From Octopus sinensis (taxonomy: Eukaryota), in the NCBI RefSeq assembly GCF_006345805.1, contig NC_043004.1, positions 17,856,001 through 17,920,000 of the forward strand: a DNA stretch of 64,000 bases, read 5' to 3'. The notes under the pieces are model-generated. The model made no database searches and was not told the DNA's origin. It saw nothing but the letters and a program-made list of their open reading frames with translations. Both the position numbers and the translations under genes were made by a program. Of this stretch, positions 37,835 to 48,688 are shown piece by piece; the first letter of the stretch is position 1; each line of letters starts with the position of its first letter.

Positions 37835-37879
<45 letters not shown>

Positions 37880-37980
37880 TATATATCATATATATATATA
37901 TATGAGGAAAAACAAAACGAGGCAGAACGGAGTATCTCAAGTCATTAGAATAATTTGATTAGGGTAAGGTGAATTTGAAG

Positions 37981-38053
37981 TCTTACAACCGTTTCTGGGC
38001 TAACCCAAGTGGTTTGTTAGCATGTCCGTGCAACGGGTGTCTGTCATCAGAAA
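37981..38053 (-). ncRNA. Hammerhead-like remnant with expanded stem II region
   Basis: UUU-CUGAUGA-[48 nt incl. GCUAAC..GUUAGC hairpin]-GAAA-CGGUUG-UA^AGA. Confidence 0.4.
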
Positions 38054-38069
38054 CGAGGTATGAATATTT

Positions 38070-38302
38070 TAGACGGGGAAAATTCATAGTTTATAAGGAA
38101 TAAAAGTAGTTAGAAAAATATAAGCAGGAGAATAATATTAACAACTCATACCGATCGACATCCTTATCCTCTGGAAAAAGATGAGTTCTGAGCATTATTC
38201 TCCTGTCTATATTTATCTAACTACTTTTACTCTTTATTCTTCTATTTTATTCCATATAAACTATGGATATTATTCCTTGTAAACTGTAAATTTCCCCGTC
38301 TA
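38070..38302. repeat. Imperfect inverted repeat (~230 bp)
   Basis: tagacggggaaaattcatagtttataaggaata..aagtagttagaaaaatataagcaggagaataat / attattctcctgtctatatttatctaactacttt..tattccttgtaaactgtaaatttccccgtcta. Confidence 0.75.
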
Positions 38303-38309
38303 GAATAAC

Positions 38310-38500
38310 CACCTGTAGTTAATCGGTGTTATTTCCGGTATTGTTTTTGGTGAAGTAGCGAATTGGACGGAGCTGCTCTTCTTTGTGTCTCCTGCCGCGA
38401 TATGGGTTCGTCTGGTATCTCAGATAGTAATCTGTCCAGACGTTCCTTGAAAACTTCCACATCAACACCACGTAGATCTCTAAGGCAAGATGGTATTTCT
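38310..38500 (-). mobile_element. CR1/L2-group LINE extreme 3' fragment
   Basis: EIPSCLRDLRGVDVEVFKERLDRLLSEIPDEP..RAAPSNSLLHQ, homologous to the 13650-13780 segment. Confidence 0.8.
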
Positions 38501-38589
38501 TTCGCCTCTTTCTCTCTCTCTCTCTCCCTCCCACTCTCTCTCTCTCCCTCTCTCTCCTCTCTCTCTCTCTCCCTCTCTCTCTCTCCTCG

Positions 38590-38620
<31 letters not shown>

Positions 38621-38638
38621 ACTCTCTCTCTACCTGCA

Positions 38639-38669
<31 letters not shown>

Positions 38670-41153
38670 GCACATAAGCAAGGACAGTAACAGAAAGAAT
38701 TGCAAACGACAAACACAAATATTCTTATAAAAAAATATATTGTAGCTCAAAAAAAAAAGAATTTGTTGTGCGAAGTGATACTAATTGGAAAGATGGTGGT
38801 TCTTTCGGACTTAGGAAAATATATAAATGAAAATTTCAAGTAGTTTTTAGAAGTAGGACAAACTAGGAAGTAGAAATAAATTAAAATGCTTAATTAAATG
38901 AAGAGCTGGAGAAAGAGCAATTGCTTCTTTTCGATAACTGGATATTGACTTTCATGTTTGTCGTCCTTCTTGGGTGTGAATCGCTGCTTTTATTGAGCTG
39001 TAAGGATTCCCAGTCAGCGGTACAGGAGGAACAATTATTGTCTTCAACTTTTCAACAGCAACAATTTTTTCATTAAATAAGAGGCGGAATGATGAATAAA
39101 GCGGAAAGCCGTATTATATGGATAACATCTAAGAAATCCATCTAACATAACAATCCAATAAGCTAATCTTAGATAGTCTATTACACTCTGAAGAAGCTTT
39201 TAGTTTAACCAAAGATTCTAATCATTGAGAATCAGAAGACCATGAGTCTTCAGCAATCTGATACTTCTAAAATGTTAAATTAAATTTTCTGTACACACTT
39301 GTAAAAAAAGCTTATGTCATCAAACACGTTAGATATTGTTGTAAATTTTTTTTTTACAGTTTTAAAAATTTATAATCTGTAGATAACGTCAAGATAATAG
39401 AAGACACCTCTTAGTTTATTATTGGTTATAAGAATCCTTCATCTAGGTCTGGAAAGCGACCACTGTTTTAGGAAGACCGAAAGGTTATGTAAAGTATTAA
39501 AACAATGTATTAGCCTCAAAGGTAAAGCAGAGACTTTTCTTATCTACGAAAAAAACAAACAAAGGGGGATATGAAAGTAAGGATTAGTTTTAAATTAATC
39601 TTCTGAAAACCGAAAAGGAAAAGAGGAAGAAGGAAACGATGAAGGGAGGGGGGGAGTAAAAGAAGAAACGCCACATCAGCGACGACAACAAATATGTCGG
39701 CAGCACCATGACTCCGTCTTAGTAATGCTAGTAGGAAAATAAACGAGACTACAATTCAGGAAATGATTATATTTATGGTGGTGGTGGTGGTAGTGGTTAC
39801 TGATAACCATGGTGATATTGTTTGATGATGTTGATTGATAATGAATAACTAAAATGAAAAGATGAAAGAAAACGAAACAAAAAATTATGACAAATCTGAA
39901 GGAAAGAAGGAAGAGAACGGTGAGCTACAAAAGGAAATTTGAAGAAACTACTCCAACAATATATAATTATATCCTCAACCAAACAAACACACAAACATAC
40001 ACAAACGAAAGCCTAGAACAACAACAACCGATTTGAACATAAACACAGAATACGAACTACAATAATTAGGAAGAAATTGGAGTATAATCAAGTTCATTTG
40101 TGTTCAGAATATTTTAATTTTTATTCATAAATGGGTTTGTGATTTTTTAAAAATGATTACTAAAGTATGAGAAGAAAGCGTAAAATAGGTAATACTTGTT
40201 GTTACTGTTATAGAATTAAAGAAATTTTCTAATCTTAAATCAAAACTGTCAGCCATTAGAATATGCAAACGATAAATACATTACCGATGTTCTCCAGCAT
40301 TTATTGCTTATTTCGTGATAGACAAAAAGGAAAAAAGAAGTAAAAATTGTTACTCAGACTGGTATTTAGTCAGGGGAGTGGGTCGGGCACAATGTGGACT
40401 ATTTAATGTATCTTTGACTTTGAGAAAGAAAATATATTTTACTGGCGCCGATTATAATCGACTAGTCTCCTTCTGGAGATATTTCGAGCCTTCTACCTCT
40501 AGTATAAAGAATTATTACTGTCATGATGAAAGGTGGTGATTTGGAGTAGTTTCTGCTCTTTATGTTCGGAGTTCAAAATTCGCCGAGGTAGCATTTGCCT
40601 TCCATTTTTTTCAGGTTCGATAAAATGAAGAATCGGTAAAGTACTAGAGGCCCTGTAATCGACTTCCCTTCTTCTCAAAATTATTCGCCTTGCAAAATTA
40701 TCGGGAATTATTATTACTGGCAGGACCCGTGGAAATTCCATAGTATATTCAGCACATTTAAAAACATTGTTAGTAGATGAAACACAAGCAAGGCGTTTCA
40801 AAGAATTCTTTTCATACCCTGCCATTTAATCAACGCTTTTAAATATAATTGAAATGAATTTCGATGGTATTGCTTATTTAATTCCTTGTAATACGTTTGA
40901 CCGATGTAATGTGCTTTTTTACTTTAAGGAAATAAAGGGTGAATTAAAAATATAAAACTTATTGATTAAATGTTTATCATTCACAATCTTTATCATATAA
41001 TTGATAAAATAAATAAATAAATAAATAAATAAATGCAAACTACATTTCATATAATTAAATATACATAGAAAAAAGTATCAACTAGTCACTGAATTAGATA
41101 CAAACATTTTACATTACAAACGAAATTACTACAAATTGTACGTGACACATATA

Positions 41154-42341
41154 TTGGGTTGGTAAATAAGTTCCCGCCGATTTTAAAATTTAATTTTTTA
41201 AATAGGTTTGATAAAAAATAGAAATTAATCAACAATGTATTCACCCTTGTTGGTAGAAATAACCCGATTTCGACTCGAAAAATTGATCCAACCAAGCTCT
41301 CAATTCTGCATCAGTATTGAACGAAGCTTCGCACATATCATTTGAAAGAGATCAAAAGAGGTGGAAATCCGTTGGTGTCAAATTAAGAGAGTACGGCGGG
41401 TGTGGCAGTACTTCCCAGCCATGCGTTTGAATGGCTTCCTTAGTCATTTTGGCGATATGAGGGCCGACGTTGTCGTGCAGCAAAAGAACCCCATACTGCC
41501 GATTAGGTGTTTTCCCTTGAATAGCCGTGTTTAGTCGTTCCATCTGTTGAACATAGAGTTCCGCATTGACCGTTTGATTCCGTTCAAGCAATTCGTAATG
41601 GATAATCCCTTCCTAGTCCCACCATATGCACAACATCGTTTCACGCGCGGTGTCGCTTGTTAACCGGGGCTAAGCCATTCCTTACGCTGCTTCATATTGA
41701 TGTACAGGCACCATTTTTCGTCGCCAGTAACGATTCGGTAAAGAAATCGTTGCTTGTGTTCATGAGTTGAGCGGTGACTAGCAAGCAAACCAGCGGAGAT
41801 TGTGGCTCGTTGATTTTTGTTGTCATCACTTAAAGCATGCGGAATCCATGCTCCATACTTCTGAACCTTTCCCATCGAGTGAAGATGCTTCTCTATAGCA
41901 GTGTGTGAGCATTCCATTTTCTCTGCCAGTTCCCATGTCGTTTGACGAGAATTTTCGTGCAAAAGTTGATTTAATCGCTCTTCATCGAACTCAACTGGAC
42001 GGTCAGAACGAGGTGCGTCATCGAGGTCAAAATTTCCATTTTTTAACTTAGCATACCAATCACGAGCGGTTCTTTCAGCTATGGTACCCTGTCCATACAC
42101 AGCACAAATGTCGCGAGTAGCATTGGCGGCCTTAGAACCTTGATTAAAAGCAAAAAGGTGTCGAAAATGCTCGTTTTTCTTAACTTGACATTCCAATTTA
42201 ATGATCAGAAAATAAACAAACATTAACTAAAATTAACTAGAAAAAGAAAATAGATTCCAAAATGATTCAAAAATAGTATTCTCGAAAAAAAAATAGATTC
42301 CAAAATTTAAAAAAACCGCGGGAACTTAGTTGCCAACTCAA
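41154..42341 (-). mobile_element. Mariner transposon with both TIRs and TA TSD; transposase interrupted by an internal deletion
   Basis: TA-ttgggttggtaaataagttcccgccg ... cgcgggaacttagttgccaactcaa-TA. ORFs include KNEHFRHL..WYAKLKNGNFDLDDAPRSDRP..WIPHALS..RIVTGDEKW and LLLHDNVGPH..HPPYSLNLTPTDFHLF. The segment between KEWLSPG and the second catalytic region is shortened. Confidence 0.95.
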
Positions 42342-43099
42342 TATATAAACAGAAATACAAAACCTGAACTAATTTAAATGTGTATGAAATAAGCATTGTA
42401 TGTGATCGCAGACTAATTACAGACTGTATAATTTGAATGCAATATGAATGACGAACATTTACATGTGATTAATAAAATTCTAGACTTATTCTCTCAGCAC
42501 TTCTTTATACACTTCATGTTTTTGTAAGAGTTTTACCTTCCTATTTGCCTTGTCTGTCGGTCTCAGCTACTCTTACTACCACAGTAAAATAATTTCCACA
42601 TATGCCACAGATTATTTCCTAACCCTAGAAAATGCCACCGTTGCGTTAAATGAAGGGATTTAAAATAAAATATGAAGGCAAACTATATTTTTTGCTGTCC
42701 AAACACTCAGTCTCAGTTAGTTACCAAATGAGATGTTCATTTCACTTCATTTCAGCGATCTATCTATTTGTATATCTATTAATATATTTCTCTATTTGCA
42801 TAATTTTTAAGACATCGGTAGGTTCACCTGCCTACTCACCTGGCTGTCAGTATGTCTGTTTGCCTGTTTGTCCGTTGTCTGTCTGCCTGTCTGCCAGAGC
42901 GTGATATCTGTTTACTTTCATAAAACTGATAAGCATTTAAACCTAGTGACAGCATAAAAAAATAATAATAGCGGTGCCCCAGCATGGCTACAGGTTTTGG
43001 TCTGGAACATGTAAAAGATAAAAATGTAACTTACACAGCTTTTTGCTAACTGAGGTTATTTCACGTTAATTTAACTATCAATATATCTTTTAAAGCTTA

Positions 43100-43660
43100 A
43101 AATTATACATCTTCATGGCATTGTTTCACTATGTTCGACCGTGTTTGCGATTTTAACACAAATGCAGAATGATATAGATCTTTTCCTCCCCCTTTACACT
43201 CTAATAATGTAGACCTCTCTCTCATAATATAGACCTTCTCTCTCACTCTTTCCTTCTCTCCTTCCACCCTTTCTCTCCCCCCTCCCTCTCTCTTTCCCTC
43301 TCTCTCTTTCCCTCTCTCTCTCCCTCTCTCTTTCCCTCTATCTCTCCCTCTCTCTTTCCCTCCCTCTCTCTTTCCCTCTCTCTCTCCCTCTCTCTTTCCC
43401 TCTCTCTCTCTCCTTATCTCTTCCCCCTCTCTCCATCTCTCTCCATCTCTCTCCCTCCTCCTCTCCCCCTCTCTCCTCCCGTCCCCCTCTCTCCTTCTCC
43501 CGTCCCCCTCTCTCCTCTCCCGTCCCCCTCTCTCCTTTTCCCGTCCCCCTCTCTCCTTCTCTCCCCCTCTCTCCTTCTCTCCCGTCCCCCTCTCTACCCC
43601 TCCCCCTCTCCTTCTCCCGTCCCCCTCTCTATATATACATATTATATATATATATATATT
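43100..43660. repeat. CT-rich low-complexity/degenerate tandem tract
   Basis: (CTCTCTCC)-type repeats; source of the R/E/G-rich ORF. Confidence 0.9.
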
Positions 43661-43959
43661 CATTCACGGATGAAGCATGCAGGAACAAGCAGAGTAACAT
43701 AATTATCGTAAATTGAATAGTTGAATGTAGGCGCCTGCTGCAACATCAGCTGCATCTCCGTGTGTCCCTAGTTGTGGTTAGCATTTCCATTTACTCATAT
43801 AGAATTGCTTGCGTGCTAAATTGGTTTCGTTTTGTTATGGCATTCGATTTATATTTTTCTGATGTAAGTTTAGTGTTTTGTCACATTTTCGTGGAAAACG
43901 TGTTATATCTGAAGTTTTTTCGAATGTGCTATGTGTCATGTGTGTTAATGTTGGGTAGA

Positions 43960-44360
43960 TTCTGTCGGTGATGCGTTGATTGTGTTCTGCTATTGGCTGA
44001 TAATGCTGTAGAAATCAAGTTGTGTGTATTGTCGATGTTTTTGTAGCAGTAGTCAATTAATATCGTTGCACAGTATCCAATATTGTCTAGATTAAAGATA
44101 TTGAGTGTGCCGGAGATTTGTGCCATCTGTCAAGGCACAACAAGGTTCTCAAACAGACAGTACTTCATGGAGTATGTGTGCAGTTCTAAGTAAAACCGAT
44201 TTTGGCAATGCGCCAAGATTGTAGGGTATTTCTAGAGTGTCCAGATGTTTCTTCAGGTTGGGCGGTATCGAAATCGATGCTCCGATGACAACAGGAACAA
44301 CCTATGTTTGATTCACGCAGCTGTCACATCTTGGCGATTTCAATATTCAAGTTTCATATA
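43960..44360 (-). mobile_element. RLE-type (R4/Dong-like) LINE 3' end, second subfamily
   Basis: Minus: EIAKM....VVPVVIGA..IPPNLKKHLDTLEIPYNLGALPKSVLLRTAHILHEVLSV*, followed by a 3' UTR. Confidence 0.8.
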
Positions 44361-44396
44361 TGTAGATCTTTTGTTTCTCTTTTTTATTTTCTTTCT

Positions 44397-45065
44397 TAAG
44401 GCGACGAGCTGGCAGAATCGTTAGCATGCCGGGCAAAATGCTTAGCGTCCGTAGGTTCCGAGTTCAAATTCCGCCGAGGTCGACTTTGCCTTTCATCCTT
44501 TCAGGGCCGATAAATTGAGTACCAGTGAAACAATGGGGTCAATGTAATCGACTAGTCACCTCCCCACAAATCTGAGGTCTTTTGCCTCCAGTAGAAAGGA
44601 TTATAATTATTAAGGCGGCGAGTTGGCAGAATCGTTAGGACGCTGGGCGAAATGTGAAGCAGTAGTTTGTCTGCCGCTACGTTCTGAGTTCAAATTCCAC
44701 CGGTGGTCGACTTTGCCTTTCATCCTTTCGAGGTCGATAAAATAACCACCAGTTGAACAATGGGGTCGATGTAATCGACTTATTCCCTCCCCACAAATTG
44801 CTGCCCTTGTAGCAAAATTTGAAACGATTATTATCCTTATTGGGGCGGTGAGTTGGCTGAATCGTTAGCACGGCAGGTGAAATGCTTAACGGCATTTCGT
44901 CCGTCTTTACGTTCTGTGTTCAAATTCCACCGAGGTCGACTTTGCCTTTCCTCCTTTCGGGTTCGATAAATTAAACACCAGCTGCGTACTGGGGTCGATC
45001 TAATCGACTCGTCCCCTCCCCACAAATTTCAGGCCTTGTGCCTATAGTAAAAAGGATTATTATTG
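44397..45065 (+). mobile_element. Tandem array of three SINE family B (short-tail subtype) copies
   Basis: Units start at 44397, 44611 and 44841, each with ggcg..gagctggcagaatcgttagc head and ..ag[at]aaggattatt end. Confidence 0.92.
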
Positions 45066-46015
45066 TTGTTATTAATGCTTTAGGAACGGATAAGTAGTAC
45101 TAGTGGAGCAGAGCAGAAGGACCAGGTACTAGCATGTGGTAGAATAGGCTGAGAAAGAAGAAAAGCGAAAAATAAGGAGGCGGACAGTAGGCCATGTGGT
45201 TAAAACGAAGCTACTTCCGATTCTATAGTACCATCCTTCGCAGTTTCTAAAATCGCCGGTTTGGGAGCAAAAACAAACGGAGGGGTTACATTCTTGTCAA
45301 AGCCACTGACACCAAGGCTGGTGAGTTACAGTATTAGGAAAACTTCCTTATGTGGCATATGGCTCGTTAGAAATTCCAAGTATCACGTGTTGCGATAACG
45401 AAGAAATGGGGTCCGGAGAAAAGTGGGAAAACAACGAGAGCAAAAAGAAAATAACAGGCAAAAGAAAATTATAAAAATATAACAAATGAGCCACACATCT
45501 ACTCCGAATACGATGTTGTATATTTAATTAATAATTCGCTCGCCTTTACCGACAAGATATAATAAGAGTGAAACCTGATATAATGTCTTCTCATTACTAT
45601 TTCTAATCATAATTTTGAGTATCATATCATGAGGTTCTTAAACACTAAATTAATTCTTATTTCTCATATGGATATATTAAGACTAAATGTAATCGATTTA
45701 AATCGAAGTCACAACCATTGAGGTGTTACGGCGGCATGTTTATTCTAACGTCTAGAATCTAGACGTTATACGGACGTAGAACTTGTTGCAGAGTTTAAAC
45801 TGAAATAATTTTTCTGATATATGTAATTGTTGTTATTGGAGTCATTACTTCTGTTATTGTTGTTGTTGTGAGGGTGCTGATGATTTTTGTTTAGCCACTA
45901 ATGAACACTGATTATTCAGCAGGTCTTATTGAACAATGGCGTCCTAATTGTAATGATTCTGTTCGTTAGTTTTATTAGGATAAAAGGTTTTAATGTGTGC
46001 GTGCGCACGCGCCTG

Positions 46016-46047
<32 letters not shown>

Positions 46048-46069
46048 TATACATATATATATATATATA

Positions 46070-46184
46070 ATGTGGCCTGAACAGGATAAGCTACCCTTAT
46101 TTTGCAGAAAAAAGTGTTGGCAGCTGGAGCCGGCCGCCAAAACGTTATTCTGCAAAATAGGGGTAGCTTATCCTGTTCAGGCTA
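46070..46184. mobile_element. ~115-bp Tc1/mariner-like mini-MITE (copy also at 46886-47000)
   Basis: 35-bp TIRs gcctgaacaggataagctaccc[tc]tattttgcagaa with TA-flanked ends. Confidence 0.65.
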
Positions 46185-46296
46185 TATTATTGGCATTATC
46201 CTGCGTTTGAGAATTTAAAATCACTTCTTTAACTTTCTAAAACTTCTCAACGCTTCTAAAGCAAACTTCGTTTGTTTGCGTTCATCGTAATTTGAA

Positions 46297-46381
<85 letters not shown>

Positions 46382-46521
46382 AGAGGAGAGAGAGAGAGAG
46401 AAAATAGTAAAAAGTGAAAAAACTACAGAAGGCTTGTTTTAAAAGGTTAAAAAATATATATGTGAGTCAATATGTCTGAAGAATGTTATCAATTTTTTCC
46501 TTACAATGACATAGTTTAGAA

Positions 46522-46557
46522 GAAATGACCGATTTCGCGTTCAGCTTTTCAAATTTC
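46522..46557 (-). ncRNA. Mirror hammerhead motif with U3-A8 core
   Basis: GAAAU-UUGAAAA-GC UGAAC GC-GAAA-UCGG-UC^AUUUC; one substitution in stem III. Confidence 0.6.
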
Positions 46558-46558
46558 T

Positions 46559-46598
46559 AAGAAATTTGAAAAGCTGAACGCGAAACCGGTCATTTCTT
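46559..46598 (+). ncRNA. Minimal type-I hammerhead ribozyme motif with U3-A8 core
   Basis: AAGAAAU-UUGAAAA-GC UGAAC GC-GAAA-CCGG-UC^AUUUCUU: 7-bp stem I, G10.1-C11.1, palindromic ACCGGU stem III, GUC triplet. Confidence 0.7.
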
Positions 46599-46758
46599 CT
46601 AAACTATGTGATTGTAAGAAAACAATTGATAACATTCTTCAGACATATTGACTCAAATATATATTTTTTAACCTTTTAAAACAAGCCTTCTGTAGTTTTT
46701 TCACTTTTTAATATTTTCTATATATTCAACCACGTGCTTTCACAAACCAACTTTCTCA

Positions 46759-46795
<37 letters not shown>

Positions 46796-46995
46796 TCAAA
46801 TTACGATGAACGCAAACAAACGAGATGTTTTAGAAAGTTAAAGGAGTGATTTTAAATTCTCAAACGCAGGATAATGCCAATAATATAGCCTGAACAGGAT
46901 AAGCTACCCCTATTTTGCAGAATAACGTTTTGGCGGCCGGCTCCAGCTGCCAACACTTTTTTCTGCAAAATAAGGGTAGCTTATCTTGTTCAAAC

Positions 46996-47051
<56 letters not shown>

Positions 47052-47743
47052 ATATGTATATGTAAAAAAATACAAACTTGGACAATAACGCAAAACATTT
47101 AGAAGACAATACAAAAAACACACTGACGGGACATTCGAAGACTTCAATCTTCAGTCAAGAACCGGATCATCCTCGCAATTTCGGCTGATTAATCTCGAGA
47201 TCGCTCCGATCCGGCCAGTCGCAAGGAAAAACTAAGCTACGAGCATTAGATTTCTTGGAAAAAGGATCGAATGTATACGAAACAGGGACAGAAAAACGGA
47301 CGATGCCACACGAATATAAATACAAAAAGCAATAATAGTAATAACAGGACAAAAACAGCGGGTGTCTTACGACTATGGACACTACAACTTAGTTTAGCTG
47401 GCGTATTTGGGAAAAAATGCCTTTTTCGGCAGACGAAGAAAACGATGTTCTCATGGCGGTGGTCGGAAGCCGAAAGGCTGGTTGACCAGCGGTCACGTGA
47501 GAGAAGAGAGAGAAAAAAGGGGGCAAAGGACTCAAAGAGAGAGAGAAAAAGAGGGACAAAGGCACCAAAGAGGGGAGAAGAGAGAGAAAGAAGGAATAAA
47601 AGTAGGGAGAAAAAAGAGAGCGTGCCAAAGATTGGCTTGGCGACAGAATCAGTGAGGTGCAAAGTGAGAAAGACAGAGAAATGTGAGAGAGTGGGGGAAG
47701 AGGAGACCAAAGAATCAGAGGCAAGAAAAGAGAAAAGGAGGAG

Positions 47744-47785
<42 letters not shown>

Positions 47786-47899
47786 CAGATCAAAGTGGAG
47801 TGCAAAGTGTGAAAGGCAGAGAAATGTAGGCGAGGCGGGAGAGAGAGACAGTGTTATAGAGTCATATATATGTAGGGACAACTCACGAAAAAAACAAAA

Positions 47900-48040
47900 G
47901 ATGGAGACAGGTTGTGTAGAAAACAAACAGATGTATTAGTATAACGCTCAGGAATTGATAAAGTCTTTTACGTTTCGAGCCTACGCTCTTCCACAGAAAG
48001 GAACACAGAAAGAAACAAGGAGAGAAAAAAATGTGTGTAG
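47900..48040 (-). mobile_element. Family P2-related repeat with HHR-like motif at 47964-48001
   Basis: CCUUU-CUGUGGA-A-GAGC GUAG GCUC-GAAA-CG-UA^AAAGA on the minus strand. Confidence 0.65.
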
Positions 48041-48139
48041 TGGCTACCGATCTATAATGGCGATATATATATATATCGGAAAATTCAATCTGATCATTCT
48101 GATAGGAAAAGAACTCCTGAATTTGTTGGTGAGACCCAG

Positions 48140-48600
48140 GTCATGAGCGACAACGACGATCTCTCCAAGTCAAACAGGTCCTCGCCAGGGACATGGCAGT
48201 ATCTGAGTTTCTTATCAGGCAAGTAGTGCATGAAGACATTCGATATTCCTCATACAAGATGAGAAAGGGCCAATTTTTATCCCAAGCCACCAAGGACAAG
48301 AGGAAATACTGCGCTACGATGCTTTTGAACAAAATCAAGCATTTCCCCCAACTGAACATCATTTGGTTTTTAAGCATCTCCCCCAACTGAACATCATTTG
48401 GTTTCTTCTCGGATGAGAAAATTTTTTTCTCGAACAGATGAACACAGAACAACTGTTGGTTTGTCGTGCTCGTAAAACATGTGCCCAGAGTGATAAAAAT
48501 TAAACATTCAGTCAACACCATGGTGTTTTGGAGTGATCACTAGTGATGGAAACGTTATGCTTCCGTTCATCTTCCCACACGGCCTAGGTTGCATTTTTGT
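48140..48600 (+). mobile_element. Tc1/mariner-superfamily (maT/DD37D-like) transposase fragment
   Basis: VSEFLIRQVVHEDIRYSSYKMRKGQFLS..LLNKIKH..WFFSDEKIF..NTEQ..KHSVNTMVFGVITSDGNVMLPFIFPHGL, with frameshifts. Confidence 0.75.
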
Positions 48601-48688
48601 CTTGACTCTCTTTCGGCATCTCATTCCATAAATGTGTGTGTGTGTAGATATGTATAAACCAGGTACAATTGTAACACAACGCGACACA

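Larger units (their letters stand above)
46070..47000. mobile_element. ~930-bp nested palindrome centred at 46559, with HHRs at the centre and a mini-MITE in each arm
   Basis: Outer arms 46070-46310 and 46790-47000; inner arms ~46400-46558 and 46560-46720; (TA)n/(GA)n spacers between them. Confidence 0.9.

Noticed and set aside
47130-47165. Minus-strand CTGAAGA..GAAT hammerhead-like motif
   Set aside because: A15.1 is missing, stem III cannot form and stem I is absent.
47271-47939. 222-aa and 226-aa overlapping ORFs
   Set aside because: Mostly GA-rich low-complexity sequence that lacks stops by composition; no domain motif.
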